DNA from: Lytechinus pictus | Taxonomy: Eukaryota | Direction of reading: 5' to 3' | Length of the DNA: 64,000 bases | NCBI RefSeq assembly: GCF_037042905.1 | Contig: NC_087252.1 | Coordinates: 7,256,001 to 7,320,000 of the forward strand | Shown here: positions 39,123-50,736 of the stretch, piece by piece | Layout of the letters: every line of letters starts with the position of its first letter | How positions within the stretch are numbered: position 1 is the stretch's first letter | Position numbers and translations under genes: made by a program | Notes under the pieces: model-generated | What the model was told of the DNA's origin: nothing | What the model saw: the letters and a program-made list of their open reading frames with translations, nothing else | The model's database searches: none

Positions 39123-39494
39123 GTAAATTACGATGAAACGGTGAAAATTGGCACTGTGTTGATATAAAAATTGGTCCAATACCAACATCAACAGGTCAAC
39201 ACTGAACTTGTTGTATATTTGAGTTTTTATGGAAATCATCAAAAATCACAAACAAAGGATTTACATGATTGAAAACATAAAATCGTGGAACATTAAAAAC
39301 ATGATTTTATTTAAGTGAAAGGTCAACACTGAACTTGAGATCTCCCAATCTAGTCGTGATTTATGACACCATGGTCCTGACACTTGGCAGTCTTCAAGCC
39401 CACAGCTGTCTACAGCTATTCTTTATTTATCAACTGGGCTGTCACCGGTCTGAGAATGTAAGAGATGCCAGCACCGTTGGGACGGTAACATTCT

Positions 39495-39647
39495 GGGGCC
39501 CATTCCATGAATAGTCACAATTGTGGTAACTTAGCCATTATGGCAACTACCATGGTAACAGGGCTCAGCAGCCAATCACAATCAAGGTTTCCATGGCAGT
39601 TACAATAATGGCAAAGTTACCATAGTTGCAAGTGCTTAACAGAGGCC
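39495..39647. mobile_element. Harbinger-type MITE (gttaccatgg/CCAAT family), copy 3
   Basis: ggggcccattccatga...cagaggccc; internal caactaccatggtaacagggctcagcagccaatc. Confidence 0.65.
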
Positions 39648-39859
39648 CAGGTTGCCGTTTCATATAGACTTGTTAAAATATCAAATGCAAAATTTCTCGG
39701 CCAATCAATACAAAAGATTTCAGTAGCTTTAAACTTATTGAACAAGTTTCATGAAATTGGTCCCAGATCAAACAAAGGTTTTATCGATAAATAGTGTGCC
39801 CCTCCTAACCTCTGTGAGCTCATAATGTTCTGGATCCTCTGGTCAGAGTAGCTTCAATA

Positions 39860-40237
39860 GGGCCGTCTGCAACATCCCGAGTTTTGAAATTAGCGCGCTA
39901 TTTTCCGGCAAATTATCCCGATCTGAACAATCTCGAGATTATTTGCAATGGAGACGCAATTATCGCGCTAGTTCATAGGATTAATCTCGAGATTGGGATT
40001 ATTTGCAAAATAGCACGCTATTTTACGAATTATCGCGCTAATTCGTAGGTGCAGACGCACTCGGGATTATTTATTCAGGGCGTCAGACCATAATGCATCG
40101 ATGCCTCGCTCGAGCAGGAATTGCTCTTCTTGCAATGATGGAGACGGGGTTTCTTGAATCTGGAGATTAATCGCGAAGAGGGCCGATCAGGCTAAAATCT
40201 CGAGATTGAGCAAACTCGGGATGTTGCAGCACGGCCT
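39860..40237. mobile_element. MITE (~380 bp) with internal palindromic subrepeats
   Basis: TIRs ggccgtctgcaacatcccgagttt / aaactcgggatgttgcagcacggcc; repeated aatctcgagatt and tagcgcgcta. Confidence 0.8.
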
Positions 40238-40829
40238 AATGTCACAGCTCATGCCAGTCCATTAATCCTTTGACCATTTAGAGGTAAATCTCCAGCGCAG
40301 TCAGAAGGATGTGACATGTCCATCTCAATAAATGAAACACGCCTTCAAACCAACTTCTATCAAGTCAGAAAGGAGTTGTCAGAAGAGTTACATCTTTAAA
40401 TGTGTGTCATTCAATCAATCAATCAGCATATAAATCATTAATTAGATAAATCATGATTGGCTTGTACAATAAATTCACAAATCTTTTTTTTCCATGCACA
40501 CAATGTAATGATTGACAATTATGAGCACAATGCACACTATCAAAAATGGATGGCAATTTATTCATTTTCTAGGAGCACTAAATCAGTGATTTAAATATAT
40601 AAGCAACCATTTATTCATTTAATCACTTCAATCAAATTCAATAAACACACAAATGGCCACCACTTCAACAAGGGTCTCTAACAGAAAGATTTGCTAAAAT
40701 GCAATTTAAAAAGTCAAACACAACTCCCTAATCTGCACTTCTGGGTTAGTTGAACTCAAGTTATGTTTGATTTTTGCAGTTGTGTTTAGTTTCCATTCTT
40801 AATTTAAAAGACACCTTTTCAAGTGGCTG

Positions 40830-41128
40830 GGGCAAGTAACACAAGGCTTAGTGATTGATCACACTGTACATATACATATATATATATATATATATATATG
40901 CTTGCTTGCGCATTCTGATCAATACAATCAAGCATGAAATAAGCCATATGGGGTCCGTTGCAGAAAGAGTTGCGTTTAAACGCAAGTCAAAAATCAATCG
41001 CAAGTCTCAAATGCGCGCTGTTGATTAGTTGAAAATCAAGTTGCGCATGATTTTTAGAGTTGCAATTGATTGCAACTCTTTCTGCAATGGGCCCATGATC
41101 AAGCACTAAGCGTTGTGTTACACGGCAC
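40830..41128. mobile_element. Harbinger-type MITE with a second MITE nested inside (40951-41094, ATG TSD)
   Basis: Outer gtaacacaaggcttagtgattgatc / gatcaagcactaagcgttgtgttac; inner gggtccgttgcagaaagagttgc / gcaactctttctgcaatgggccc flanked by atg at 40948-50 and 41095-97. Confidence 0.75.
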
Positions 41129-41381
41129 TTTATTTTATCTCACAACTTACATAAACATCAAATTTTGGTTCATGATATGATGAATTCTCTCTTAAGGTCT
41201 GATTCCTCTGCTGTTCCGTATTCATTTTCAACTCCTTTTCAACAACAAAAATCTCTGAAAGTTTCTTATCATAATCTTGCATGGATTGTACACAGTGGGA
41301 ATCGTTTTCTCAGCTTTTATTCTGCACCCGTCCTTCCTCTTCTTCATTTCAGACAGGCTTGTCCCCAAGTATCGTAAACAG

Positions 41382-41640
41382 GGGCCAGTCTTACAAAGAG
41401 TTGCGATTGATCGGATGAAAAGCCAGCAAAGTCAACATATGAAATGCATGTTTGTTCAAAAAAATTTCTAGATATGAATGTATATCCATAAAGTCATTGA
41501 TTTCTTGACAATTTGGTGTGTTTTCCTTTGTTTACAAAGGACATTTTGCAAATTTCCTGTAGAAAAAAATTATGACACTGATGGATTTCCATAGAGTTAC
41601 AATTGATTGGATCAATCATAACTCTTTGTGAGACGGGGCC
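41382..41640. mobile_element. Harbinger-type MITE (CAG TSD)
   Basis: gtcttacaaagagttgcgattgatc / gatcaatcataactctttgtgagac; CAG at 41379-81 and 41641-43; inverted copy at 57850-58120. Confidence 0.8.
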
Positions 41641-41682
41641 CAGATGTGCAGCAATTTCATACACTCCTATAGGTCCTATCAT

Positions 41683-41841
41683 AGGGCTGTGTTGCATAAA
41701 AGTTACTGTTTTGGTAACTTTGCTAACCAATGGTAACTACCATGGTAGCGATGATCAACAGCCAATCAGAATCAAGGATTCCGTGCAAGTTACCATTGGA
41801 TGGCAAAGTTACCATAATAGTAACTTTTGTGCAACGGGGCC
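41683..41841. mobile_element. Harbinger-type MITE (gttaccatgg/CCAAT family), copy 4
   Basis: gttgcataaaagttactgtt / aatagtaacttttgtgcaac; internal cagccaatcagaatcaaggattcc. Confidence 0.75.
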
Positions 41842-42389
41842 CAGTACTTAAAATTTCCCATGTGATAAAATTTATGATTAAAGTATAAATGAACATTTAT
41901 GAGAGATGAATCGGTTACTGTTGAAATGATAAATACAGACATATTATAAGATTTTTTGTAATACTAATAGAATGGACAAAATACACAGATAACAAATTAC
42001 CAGCAAAATGAAAGCAAGGGGTGATTTTCAATTTTCAGTGACAATAGTTACAAGCGACTGAAATACATGTACTTGCAGCTAATTGGCTAAGAGCAGATTT
42101 CTCAGTGAAAATCGCTGAGAAATTAGTTCTTGATATTTTTCCCGTGTCAATAATAGGCTTTTGTTTAATATTCAGACTTCATGAAATAATGTTGTGTTAG
42201 TGGGGGCAGGGGTAAGCTGCAAAATTTGTAAAATCCACCTGAGAATGGAGAATGATTTGGGAGAGTCTAATCAAGTGATTATTGTTTTGGAATAAATCCT
42301 CACTGTGATCTGACTTTCAGAACGATGTTGAAGCACCTTTAAACGGTGTGAATGAGGTTATCACTCAGGTATGTATGGATGGGATCTAT

Positions 42390-43175
42390 GCCCCATTCAC
42401 ATGCAAAACTTATTTCAACAATGCCGAAAAAAAAATCAGCTGTCAGATCATCATCTTTGTCATTGTGGTCATACATGTACATGTGCCCCCTTCACATGCA
42501 AAACTTATTTCAAAATGTGCAAATGAATTGTCTGTCTGATCATCATCATCATCATCATCATGAAGACTGCCATATTAAAAGAAATGTGGTCATACATACC
42601 CATTTTACATGCAAAACTTAAAGGTGCTCAGAGTACCTGCTTGTACACCCTTTTCACATGCAAAGTTTAGAGGGCTCAGAAAGCCAGCCTGTCTTTGGCC
42701 AGATCATCCATCATAACCACCATCATGAGGAAATGAAATCATACCCTCTTCACATGCAAAACCTAAAGCGGGGTGGGGATATATAATTTGCCAGATTATA
42801 ATGGTAAACCACGGTCATAGGCTTTTAACGTGGAGACACTGTACTTGCTTCTTGAATTAAAAACATTCTGCTTTGTGCAAATTTAACATCCATCATCTTG
42901 AAATGCAGTGTGCAAATGTGGTCATACTACATTGTATTTCACATGGAAAACTTACAGCAGAGTGTAACTTTCTTTTTGTCAGTTCATCTTGTAAAATCAC
43001 ATTGCTTTTCACATGAAAAAAAACATTTGTTTTGCGCAAACACTTCATCCATCACATTTTCACATAGAAATATAGTCATACCCTTTTCACATCGAAAATT
43101 TTGTACAGGTTCTTAATCCGCCAGACTCTAAAGCACAAATATGTGGTCATACCCTTATTACATGCCAAACTTAGA
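42390..43175. repeat. Degenerate interspersed repeat of (gtggtcata)cccttttcacatgcaaaactta, ~9 copies
   Basis: Motif recurs near 42391, 42486, 42585, 42647, 42739, 42917, 43006, 43057-43095 and 43143, with (CAT)n spacers. Confidence 0.65.
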
Positions 43176-43618
43176 CCCTACCATACATATATCCCCCACT
43201 TCATGAAAAACTGCTGGCTCGAATCCTTTTGATTTGCAAAACTGTGTTAAAAATGCAAAGTGTATCTTCCATCAGATGAACATGTAGTATTCATGAATAA
43301 ATATGACATACAAGTATATGAGTATCATTACATAGCAAATGTATACACATATCTGCTCATTCCTAGGATTTTTTAAGGGTAGGGGGTGGGGCAATGTTAG
43401 TTATTCTCTCCTAAGGTTGTGTGAATCAGAAGACATCTGTAGAAATATTAATCAACATGACATAGATCTGCTCTTGCGACAAATGCTCCTCTGCTAATTT
43501 CTCTTTAAGATGGAAGGGGAGTGTTAGAGTTGGGTTAGGGTTTTGGTTTCAAATCATGTGAGGATTTCAATTAAGTTAAAGATATTAGATGTGAAGTTTG
43601 GGTTGATGTTTGGCTTAA

Positions 43619-44211
43619 AGGACTAGTCCACCCCAACCAAAAGTTGATTTGAATAAAAAAAGAGAAAAATCCAACAAGCATAACACTGAAAATGTCATCA
43701 AAATCGGATGTAAAATGAGAAAGTTATGACATTTTAAAGTTTCGCTTTAATTTCACAAAACAGTTATATGCAGATCCTGGTCGGTATGCATATTAGGAGA
43801 ATGATGACGTCATCCACTTACTGTTTCTTTTGTATTTTATTATATGAAATATTATAATATTCTCATTATTGTCAAATGAAACGATTAATTCCTCCTTGAA
43901 CATGTGGGATTGGCATTGTTTTAATGATATATGGTTCAGTCAAGTTGGTCCTTATTGTCAAATCTGTAAAAAAATGAAAAATTGTAAAATTCACACAAAA
44001 AACAAAGAAATAGAGAGTGAGGGACATCATTGACTGTCTCATTGCATGTCACTGGGTTGTGCATATAAGTGTTTTGTGGAAAATAAGCACAACTTTAAAA
44101 TGTCATAACTTTCTTAGTTCACATCCGATTTTGATGAAATTTTCAGCTTTTTCCTAGTTTGATTTTTCTCTTTTTATTCAAATCAACATTTTTCTGGGGT
44201 GGACTTGACCT
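43619..44211 (-). mobile_element. Kolobok-like element, copy 2 (inverted vs copy 1), inserted in an older element
   Basis: TTAA at 43615-18 and 44212-15; aggactagtccacccc / ggggtggacttgacct. Host ends tgctcttgcgacaaatgctc (~43469) and gcaactgttgtgggagcaa (~44250) resemble 49255-49419. Confidence 0.85.
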
Positions 44212-44981
44212 TTAATATGTGCATTTTCATGGGCAACTGTTGTGGGAGCAAACACCACGAAACCAACTATTTATCTGTTCATATGGGAAATTCACAAATA
44301 TACCATCTTTAGATCTCAAATCTCTATACCATCTCTAAATACGGCATACCATTTTTGGTATACGTCTCCACTATATTATGAACACAAAAACGTATATGTT
44401 TTTTTCATACTCTCTGTTCATGTGCATTTTTTTAATAAATCCAATTTTTTTCAAACTGCAAATCTACAGCTGAGGGTGAATTTCTTATGTGTATTTTGTT
44501 TAAAATACAGTACGTATCCCTGGTATAACTAGACAAAAAAATTAAAATCTTTCATTAATTCTACTCTCGTGTGCTGCTACTAATTGCAATCTGCATGATT
44601 ACTAACACAAATGTCAATATGCCACTAATCATTTGTGTTCGATTGAATTCATCTTTTGGACAAGTGGAAAATTTGTTTTCCTTATTAATTTGTTTTGTAT
44701 GAATGGAAAATTATTTTCCTGATAAAATAAAAAAGTTTTCATACTCTGATGGACGTGATCATGGATTATGAATGAAAATAACATTAAAAAGTTCTGGTTC
44801 TTTAATAGTGAGTGCTACTACATAATGAATGAACATTTTTATCAGTGTGTAGCCATGTAACATAAAATTGTAAAATTACGCTTTAATAACGTTCAGTAGC
44901 AAGCAATACATGTAAACAAAGAATGGCAATTAATTGTAAATCTTAACCATATTCCTTTGTTGTTTCATTTTCATCTTGCAG

Positions 44982-45058
44982 GAGAAGATCAAACCTGAAG
45001 CAGCTCCCAGAGGACATAGTTCAATCAAACACACCACTGATAACCCAGATCAAGCTGA
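44982..45058 (+). CDS. Receptor gene: cytoplasmic exon (77 nt, phase 0-2)
   Basis: ...tttcatcttgcag|GAGAAG and GCTGA|gtaagt; encodes EKIKPEAAPRGHSSIKHTTDNPDQA(E). Confidence 0.85.
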
Positions 45059-46405
45059 GTAAGTGATCAAAGTGATGGCAATCGATGATTTGATTGTAGT
45101 GATTGCAATCAATGAATTGATCATAATGATTGCAATCGTTGATTCAATGGTGATTAATGATCTGATATTACTTCCATCACACTACTGATAACCCACAACA
45201 ACCTGAGTAAGTGATCGTAATAAATAACATCAGTGAATTGATTGAAGTAATGGCAATCAATGGATTGATCATAGTGATATCAATTGATGGTGATTAATGA
45301 ATTGACATTAGTTCCATCAAACACACCACTGATAATCCAAGCTGAGTAAGTTATGAATAGCATCAATTATTTGATTGTAGTGATGACGATCAGTGTTGAT
45401 CATAGTTCCATCGAACACACCACTGATAATCCACAAAAAGCTGAGTAAGTGATCATAATGAATAACATCAATGAATTGATTATAGTGATAGCAATCAATG
45501 AATGGACCATAGTTCCATTAACAAAGTGATAATATAAATAAATAGCATCAATGAATAGATTGTAGTAATGGCAATCATTGAATTGATAATAGTGATGACA
45601 ATTGATGAGTCAATGCTGATCAATGTATTGACATTTGGTCTATCAAACACACTACTTGATAACCCACAACAAGATGAGTACCGGCATGGACCTGGTACCG
45701 GTAAGTGATCATAATGTATAATATCAATGAATAGATTGTAGTGATGGCAATTAATGAATTGACATTAGTTCTATAAACACACCACCGATAACCTGCAAGC
45801 TGAGTAAGTGATCATAATAAATAACATTAATGAATTGATTGTAGTGATTGCAATCAATAATTGATCATATTGATGTCAATCAATGAATTAATCATGGTTC
45901 TCTCAACCACACCACTGATAAACCACAACAAGCTGAGTAAGGGATCATAATGAATAACATCAATGAATTGATAGTAGTGACGGCAATCAATCAATTGATC
46001 ATAATGATGGCAATCGTTAAATCGTTGGCGATTATTAAAATGATATAAGTTCCATCAAACACACCATTGATAACCAACAACAAGCTGAGTAAGTGATCAT
46101 AATGAGTAATTTCAATGAATTGATGGCCATTAAGGAATTTACATTTTTTCTATCAAACACACCACTGATTACCCACAACAAGCTGAGTAAGTGATCATTA
46201 TGAATAACATCAATCAATTGATTGTAGTGATGGCAGTCAATGAATTGATCATAGTGATGAGAATGAAATCAATGACAATCAATGAATTGATCATAGTTCC
46301 ATCAAATGACAGCAATTGATTTATTGATTGTAGCTAAAGGAATCATTGAAATATTGATAGTTCCATCAAAAACACCAATGTTAACCCAGAACAAGCCAAG
46401 TATTT
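45017..46405 (+). repeat. Complex minisatellite whose unit includes the exon 3' half plus the 5' splice site
   Basis: atagttccatcaaacacaccactgataacccacaacaagctgagtaagtgatc repeated ~10 times at ~100-150-bp spacing, with ~26-bp subrepeats aatgaattgattgtagtgatggcaatc. Confidence 0.9.
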
Positions 46406-46490
46406 AGCCATAATCTCCTGTTTTCAACTTTCACATCTACTCTCTCTCTCTCTATCCTTTTCTCTTCCTCTCTCTCTCTATCTCTATCAG

Positions 46491-46563
46491 GTATGCTATG
46501 GTAGACAGAAGACAGGGAGGTAGAGGTGATACCACTGACGCAAGAGGAAACGGAGCAGGCCAG
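46491..46563 (+). CDS. Receptor gene: cytoplasmic exon (73 nt, phase 2-0), completes the AEYAMV motif
   Basis: (TC)n pyrimidine tract ...tctctatcag|GTATGCT and GGCCAG|gtaaac; encodes (E)YAMVDRRQGGRGDTTDARGNGAGQ. Confidence 0.85.
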
Positions 46564-47112
46564 GTAAACACACCCATCCAAAATCTTAACACCCCCACTC
46601 TCTTTTTGTCAAACCCTTCGGCTGCTTTAACCTACATGCAAATTCAAACTGTCTTGACATTTGTAAAGCACATGCGGTTGTGCTAAAAAGTTAGTGAAAC
46701 CCACCTGAAAGTGAACATATTTAGAGTTTAAATTTTGCCATGTTTTAGATATTTAATTGTGAAGCCGCGTGAAAAAATATTACTTTGAGTAAAGTTTGTT
46801 TTTTTCGGCTCGCCGTACATTGCAGAGTAGCTGTCTTCATTCAACACTCGGCATGAAGGAGTGCATTTTGTGTTGAGGTTCACTAACTTTTGAGCACAAC
46901 TGTAAATGTATGGTTGCACAAAACTTGCATTTAATTTTGAATCAATCATAAGTCCCCAAATCAAGCATCATTGGATGTTGCAAGAGAGTTGAGTTGTCAT
47001 TGATCACAACTCAACTACGAACCTGCAATTAAACAAAGGGACTATGCTTGATTGGGGATTGAATGTATGTTTCTTGCAATACCCCATTAGAGACCACATC
47101 GCAATGTATTAA

Positions 47113-48446
47113 CCCTTATTAAACTGGGGGGTCAATTTGACCCCCCCCCCCCTCAACAAATTTTGTCACTACGCCGTCGCACGAATTTTTTTGACTGGGC
47201 CGCTCACTGACTTTTTACTTTCAAGTCTTGCGCATCTTTTGAGACCAAATTTACGACGCCCGGGTACGCGGTTCCAAAATTACGCAACGTTTTGTAAGTG
47301 CATGTCAGACCAGAAATTGCTCAAAAACGTGATTCCGTGTAAAAAGTCAATGCAAATTGTGTTTTTCAACCAAAAATCATAAATGTGTGATTATTTTTAG
47401 TTTTGTTGGTTTAAATGGATTTATTTTATGCTATTTATGATCGCAAAAGGGTCCTCGACAAAGTTCATCGGGAAAAACAATAAAAAACAAAGGTTTGAAA
47501 AAACAAAGAAAGTACATAGGAATTTAAAAAACAATAAAATTCATAAGAAATTAATTATATTTTTGCTATTTTTTTGTAGATATTTGTTAGAAATGTAATA
47601 ATTGATACTCCCACCAAAAATTAGCATTCTACTAGCTATATGAATTGAGTTAAAGGCAAATACAAACACACAAAAAATCAAATTTATGGCAAATTTCATA
47701 TGCTTATTTGCTTGCATAATTAATTAATAAGAAATATTTTTTTTTTAAATTTGCGGCGATTGCGCAACACCGGCCGAGATCTGAGGGGGGGTCAAATTGA
47801 CCCCCCATACTGGTCCGAAATAGCCCAGTTAAAGGACAAGTCCACCCCATCAAAAAGTTGATTTGAATAAAAAGAGAAAAATCCAACAAGCAAAACACTG
47901 AAAACTTCATCAAAATCGGATGTAAAATAAGAAAGTTATGACATTTTAAAGTTTTGCTTAATTTCACAAAACAGTTATACGACATCCTGGTTGGTATGCA
48001 AATGAGGAGACTGATGACGTCATTCACTCACTATTTCTTTTGTGTTCTATTACATGAAATGTGAAATATACTAATTTTCTCCTCATTGTCAAGTGAAACA
48101 ACGATTGATTCCTCCATGAACATGTGGAACTAGCATTGCTTAAGACTATATGATTCAGTCAAGTTGGTCCCTATTGTCAAATCTGTAAAAAAATGAAATA
48201 TTGTATAATTCAAACAATAAAAAACAAAAGAAATAGTGAGTGACGGACATCATTGCCTGTCTTATTTGCATGCCACTGAGTTGTGCATATCACTGTTTTG
48301 TGAAAAATAAGTGAAACTTCAAAATGTAATAGCGTTCTTATTTTACATCCGATTTTGATGAAATTTTCAGCATTATGCTAGTTTGATTTTTCTCTATTTA
48401 TTTAAATCAACATTTTTCTGGGGTGGACTTGACCTTTAAGATAGGG
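47113..48446. mobile_element. piggyBac-type non-autonomous element (TTAA|CCC...GGG|TTAA) with a Kolobok copy in its right TIR
   Basis: TTAA at 47109-12 and 48447-50. Left end cccttattaaactggg; right end reconstructs to cccagttaagataggg. Subterminal palindromes gggggtcaa(a/t)ttgacccccc at both ends. Confidence 0.8.
47833..48435 (-). mobile_element. Kolobok-like element, copy 3
   Basis: TTAA at 47829-32 and 48436-39; aggacaagtccacccc / ggggtggacttgacct. Confidence 0.9.
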
Positions 48447-48907
48447 TTAAACGCCAAATGAATGTGTCATGAAAGTATTCATATTACCCATGCATTCAAT
48501 ATGGACCACACTCAGGACTTCTACTTAAATACAATGTACAGAATGAATTCTCTGATAGGCTATCTGTCTGAAGAGTCTATGGAAAGTTGATAACATTTTG
48601 CTGACACCACATTCTTGAGAAAGCACTGGAGACACGTGTGATATAGCTGCATCTTCAGGGCTCAGCAAATCATTCTGTCCCATGACGGGCATTCATTGGA
48701 TGCCATGGTATAGGACGGGGGGGGGGGGGGAGTGAGAATTAGAGTGGGAAGGGGTAGGCATTAATCGGCATCTCCATACGCAGATGAAGTAGATGTAGAA
48801 CGCTCTGTGACTGGAAGAAAGAATTGTGTTAAAAACAACTTATTCAATCGGTATAGGTATGCATACAAGTTTGATCCATGACCATTTAAGGGAATAATGA
48901 TAGATTT

Positions 48908-49203
48908 GGGGCCAGTTGCATAAAAAAGATGCATTTCAACCCAAGTTTTAAATGTCCGCAAGTCCATAGTGCACACGTTTCATTGGTTGAAAATCCAAGT
49001 TGCGTTTGATCGCAAGTTTTTCTCTGCAAGAGGCCACTCAGGCTGGGCTCGGAAACAAAAAGGTTTGCAATCAATCACTAAATGCTAATAACCAATCAAG
49101 ATCATCGTAGCATGTGTATTACAATAACAAGACTGACCAGGAACCAATCAGAATGGTTCTTTCATATTGTTGCAGTTCACTGCAATCCTTTATATTATGG
49201 AGC
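48908..49203. mobile_element. Two adjacent degenerate Harbinger-type MITEs (48908-49036, 49045-49205)
   Basis: First resembles 40951-41094 (ttgattggttgaaaatcaagttgcg-like core); second has gggctc...gagccc ends with ccaatc motifs. Confidence 0.5.
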
Positions 49204-49254
49204 CCAATCAAGCATGGTTGTCTTCTGTTCACTAATTCCATTGAGATGACACGA

Positions 49255-49419
49255 CATTTGCTCCGGCGACAATTTCTCTGGGCTTTATTTCATCTAAGGG
49301 TTGCAATAAGGGTTTTATGTAAGGTTTAGGATAGGATGTAGTGTTAAATCCAGGGTTGAAGTTGGTCATTCCATTAATGTGTGGAATTGACAGCGGAGCA
49401 ATCGTTGCCGGAGCAAATG
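49255..49419. mobile_element. Small TIR element with degenerate (GGTTA)-like interior
   Basis: catttgctccggcgacaatt / aatcgttgccggagcaaatg; interior agggttgc..ggttttatgtaaggtttaggatagg. Confidence 0.6.
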
Positions 49420-49563
49420 CCATGGAACTGCTATCAAGGTATTAGAAATGATACTAATTTAGGGGACTTCTGAGGCTAATACCAAACAAAGTATCTGAAA
49501 CTATGTTATCCCCACTTTCAATGTTGCCTTGAAGAGGTGCTTGGGTTAAGTCTCAAGATTAAT

Positions 49564-49673
49564 AGCACAGTCACACCAACGGGATCAACTCTAAACCGAC
49601 CAAAGCTATAACATTGTTTCCAATGACATATCATCAGTCGATTTGGAGTCGGTTTCGTTGGTGTGACTATAGC
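49564..49673. mobile_element. ~105-bp hairpin MITE
   Basis: agtcacaccaacgggatcaactc / gagtcggtttcgttggtgtgact. Confidence 0.6.
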
Positions 49674-49688
49674 ATAAGGCTCAAATCA

Positions 49689-50140
49689 ACTTTCACTTTC
49701 TAAGTGCTCTCTAAGATTTCTAGCAAGTTTTATCACCTGGTAGTTTTATTTCTAGTGGAAAGTGGAAAGTTTTGTTTCTGTATTTACTGCTTATTGCGTT
49801 GTGACTTAGAGTTGTTGATACGATTTAAAACATTCACTTTTCACTTTCTAAGTGCTCTTAGCCAGCGAGTTTTCTTGCAAGTTTTATCACTTACTAGTTT
49901 TATTTCTAGTGGAAAGTGGAAAGTTTTGTTTCTGTAATAACTGTTTATTGCGTTGTGACAGGGTTGCTGATACGATTTAAAACGTTCACTTTTCACTTTC
50001 TAAGTGCTCTTAACCAGCGAGTTTTCTTGCAAGTTTTATCACTTACTAGTTTCATTTCTAGTGGTAAGTGGGAAGTTTTGTTTCAGTAATAACTGTTTAT
50101 TGCGTTGTGACTTACAGAGTCGCTGATACGATTTAAAACT
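49689..50140. repeat. Tandem triplication, ~150-bp unit
   Basis: Units begin act(t)ttcactttctaagtgctct at 49689, 49836 and 49988; each ends gatacgatttaaaac. Confidence 0.9.
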
Positions 50141-50736
50141 CGAACTGGGTAGGTCATGGCATCATCTTTCCGTTTACAGTTTTGCGTTGGTTTAAAATTA
50201 GTTTGATTTTATTTGTGATGGTTTATGCCTTTCAAAGTCAAACTATTTAAAATCTATAAAATCTAACAACTCTTTTCCTGTTCTATGAAATTCTAAAATT
50301 AAAGCATAATTACCTTTCTTGCATCGTGCTTCAGGAGTGAACTGAATGATGTTTGTGCTAGGTGATACTGACATATCACCAACTATCAATGCATCCCATT
50401 TTAAACCCTATTTTAGAGCATGACCGCTTTTCCACAGGGTACATTTCAAAATTATATTAGGGCACAATTATAAAAATGAAACAGAGCACATCAAATCTTG
50501 AAAGCAGAACTTTGCATCGATCCCATTCAAATAGGCATCCTTGGTCATGGACTTAGATGGGCCTTGGGTTAATTAAGCCCCATTATCATTAAGGTATCCC
50601 TGTCCATCTTAATTCATAGGTACAGTGTAAGTAATCTAGTTGAACAAGGGGTGGAAGGAGGGGCACATTATTTTCCCAATTGCCTACTGCATTCTGTAAT
50701 TCCTATTAGCTTTGTACAGATGTCACATGGTACCTG

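Noticed and set aside
45017..46405. Repeat-spacer appearance (CRISPR or tandem exon array)
   Set aside because: The spacers are themselves related subrepeats full of stop codons, and the units lack pyrimidine-tract acceptors, so they are neither CRISPR spacers nor complete duplicated exons.
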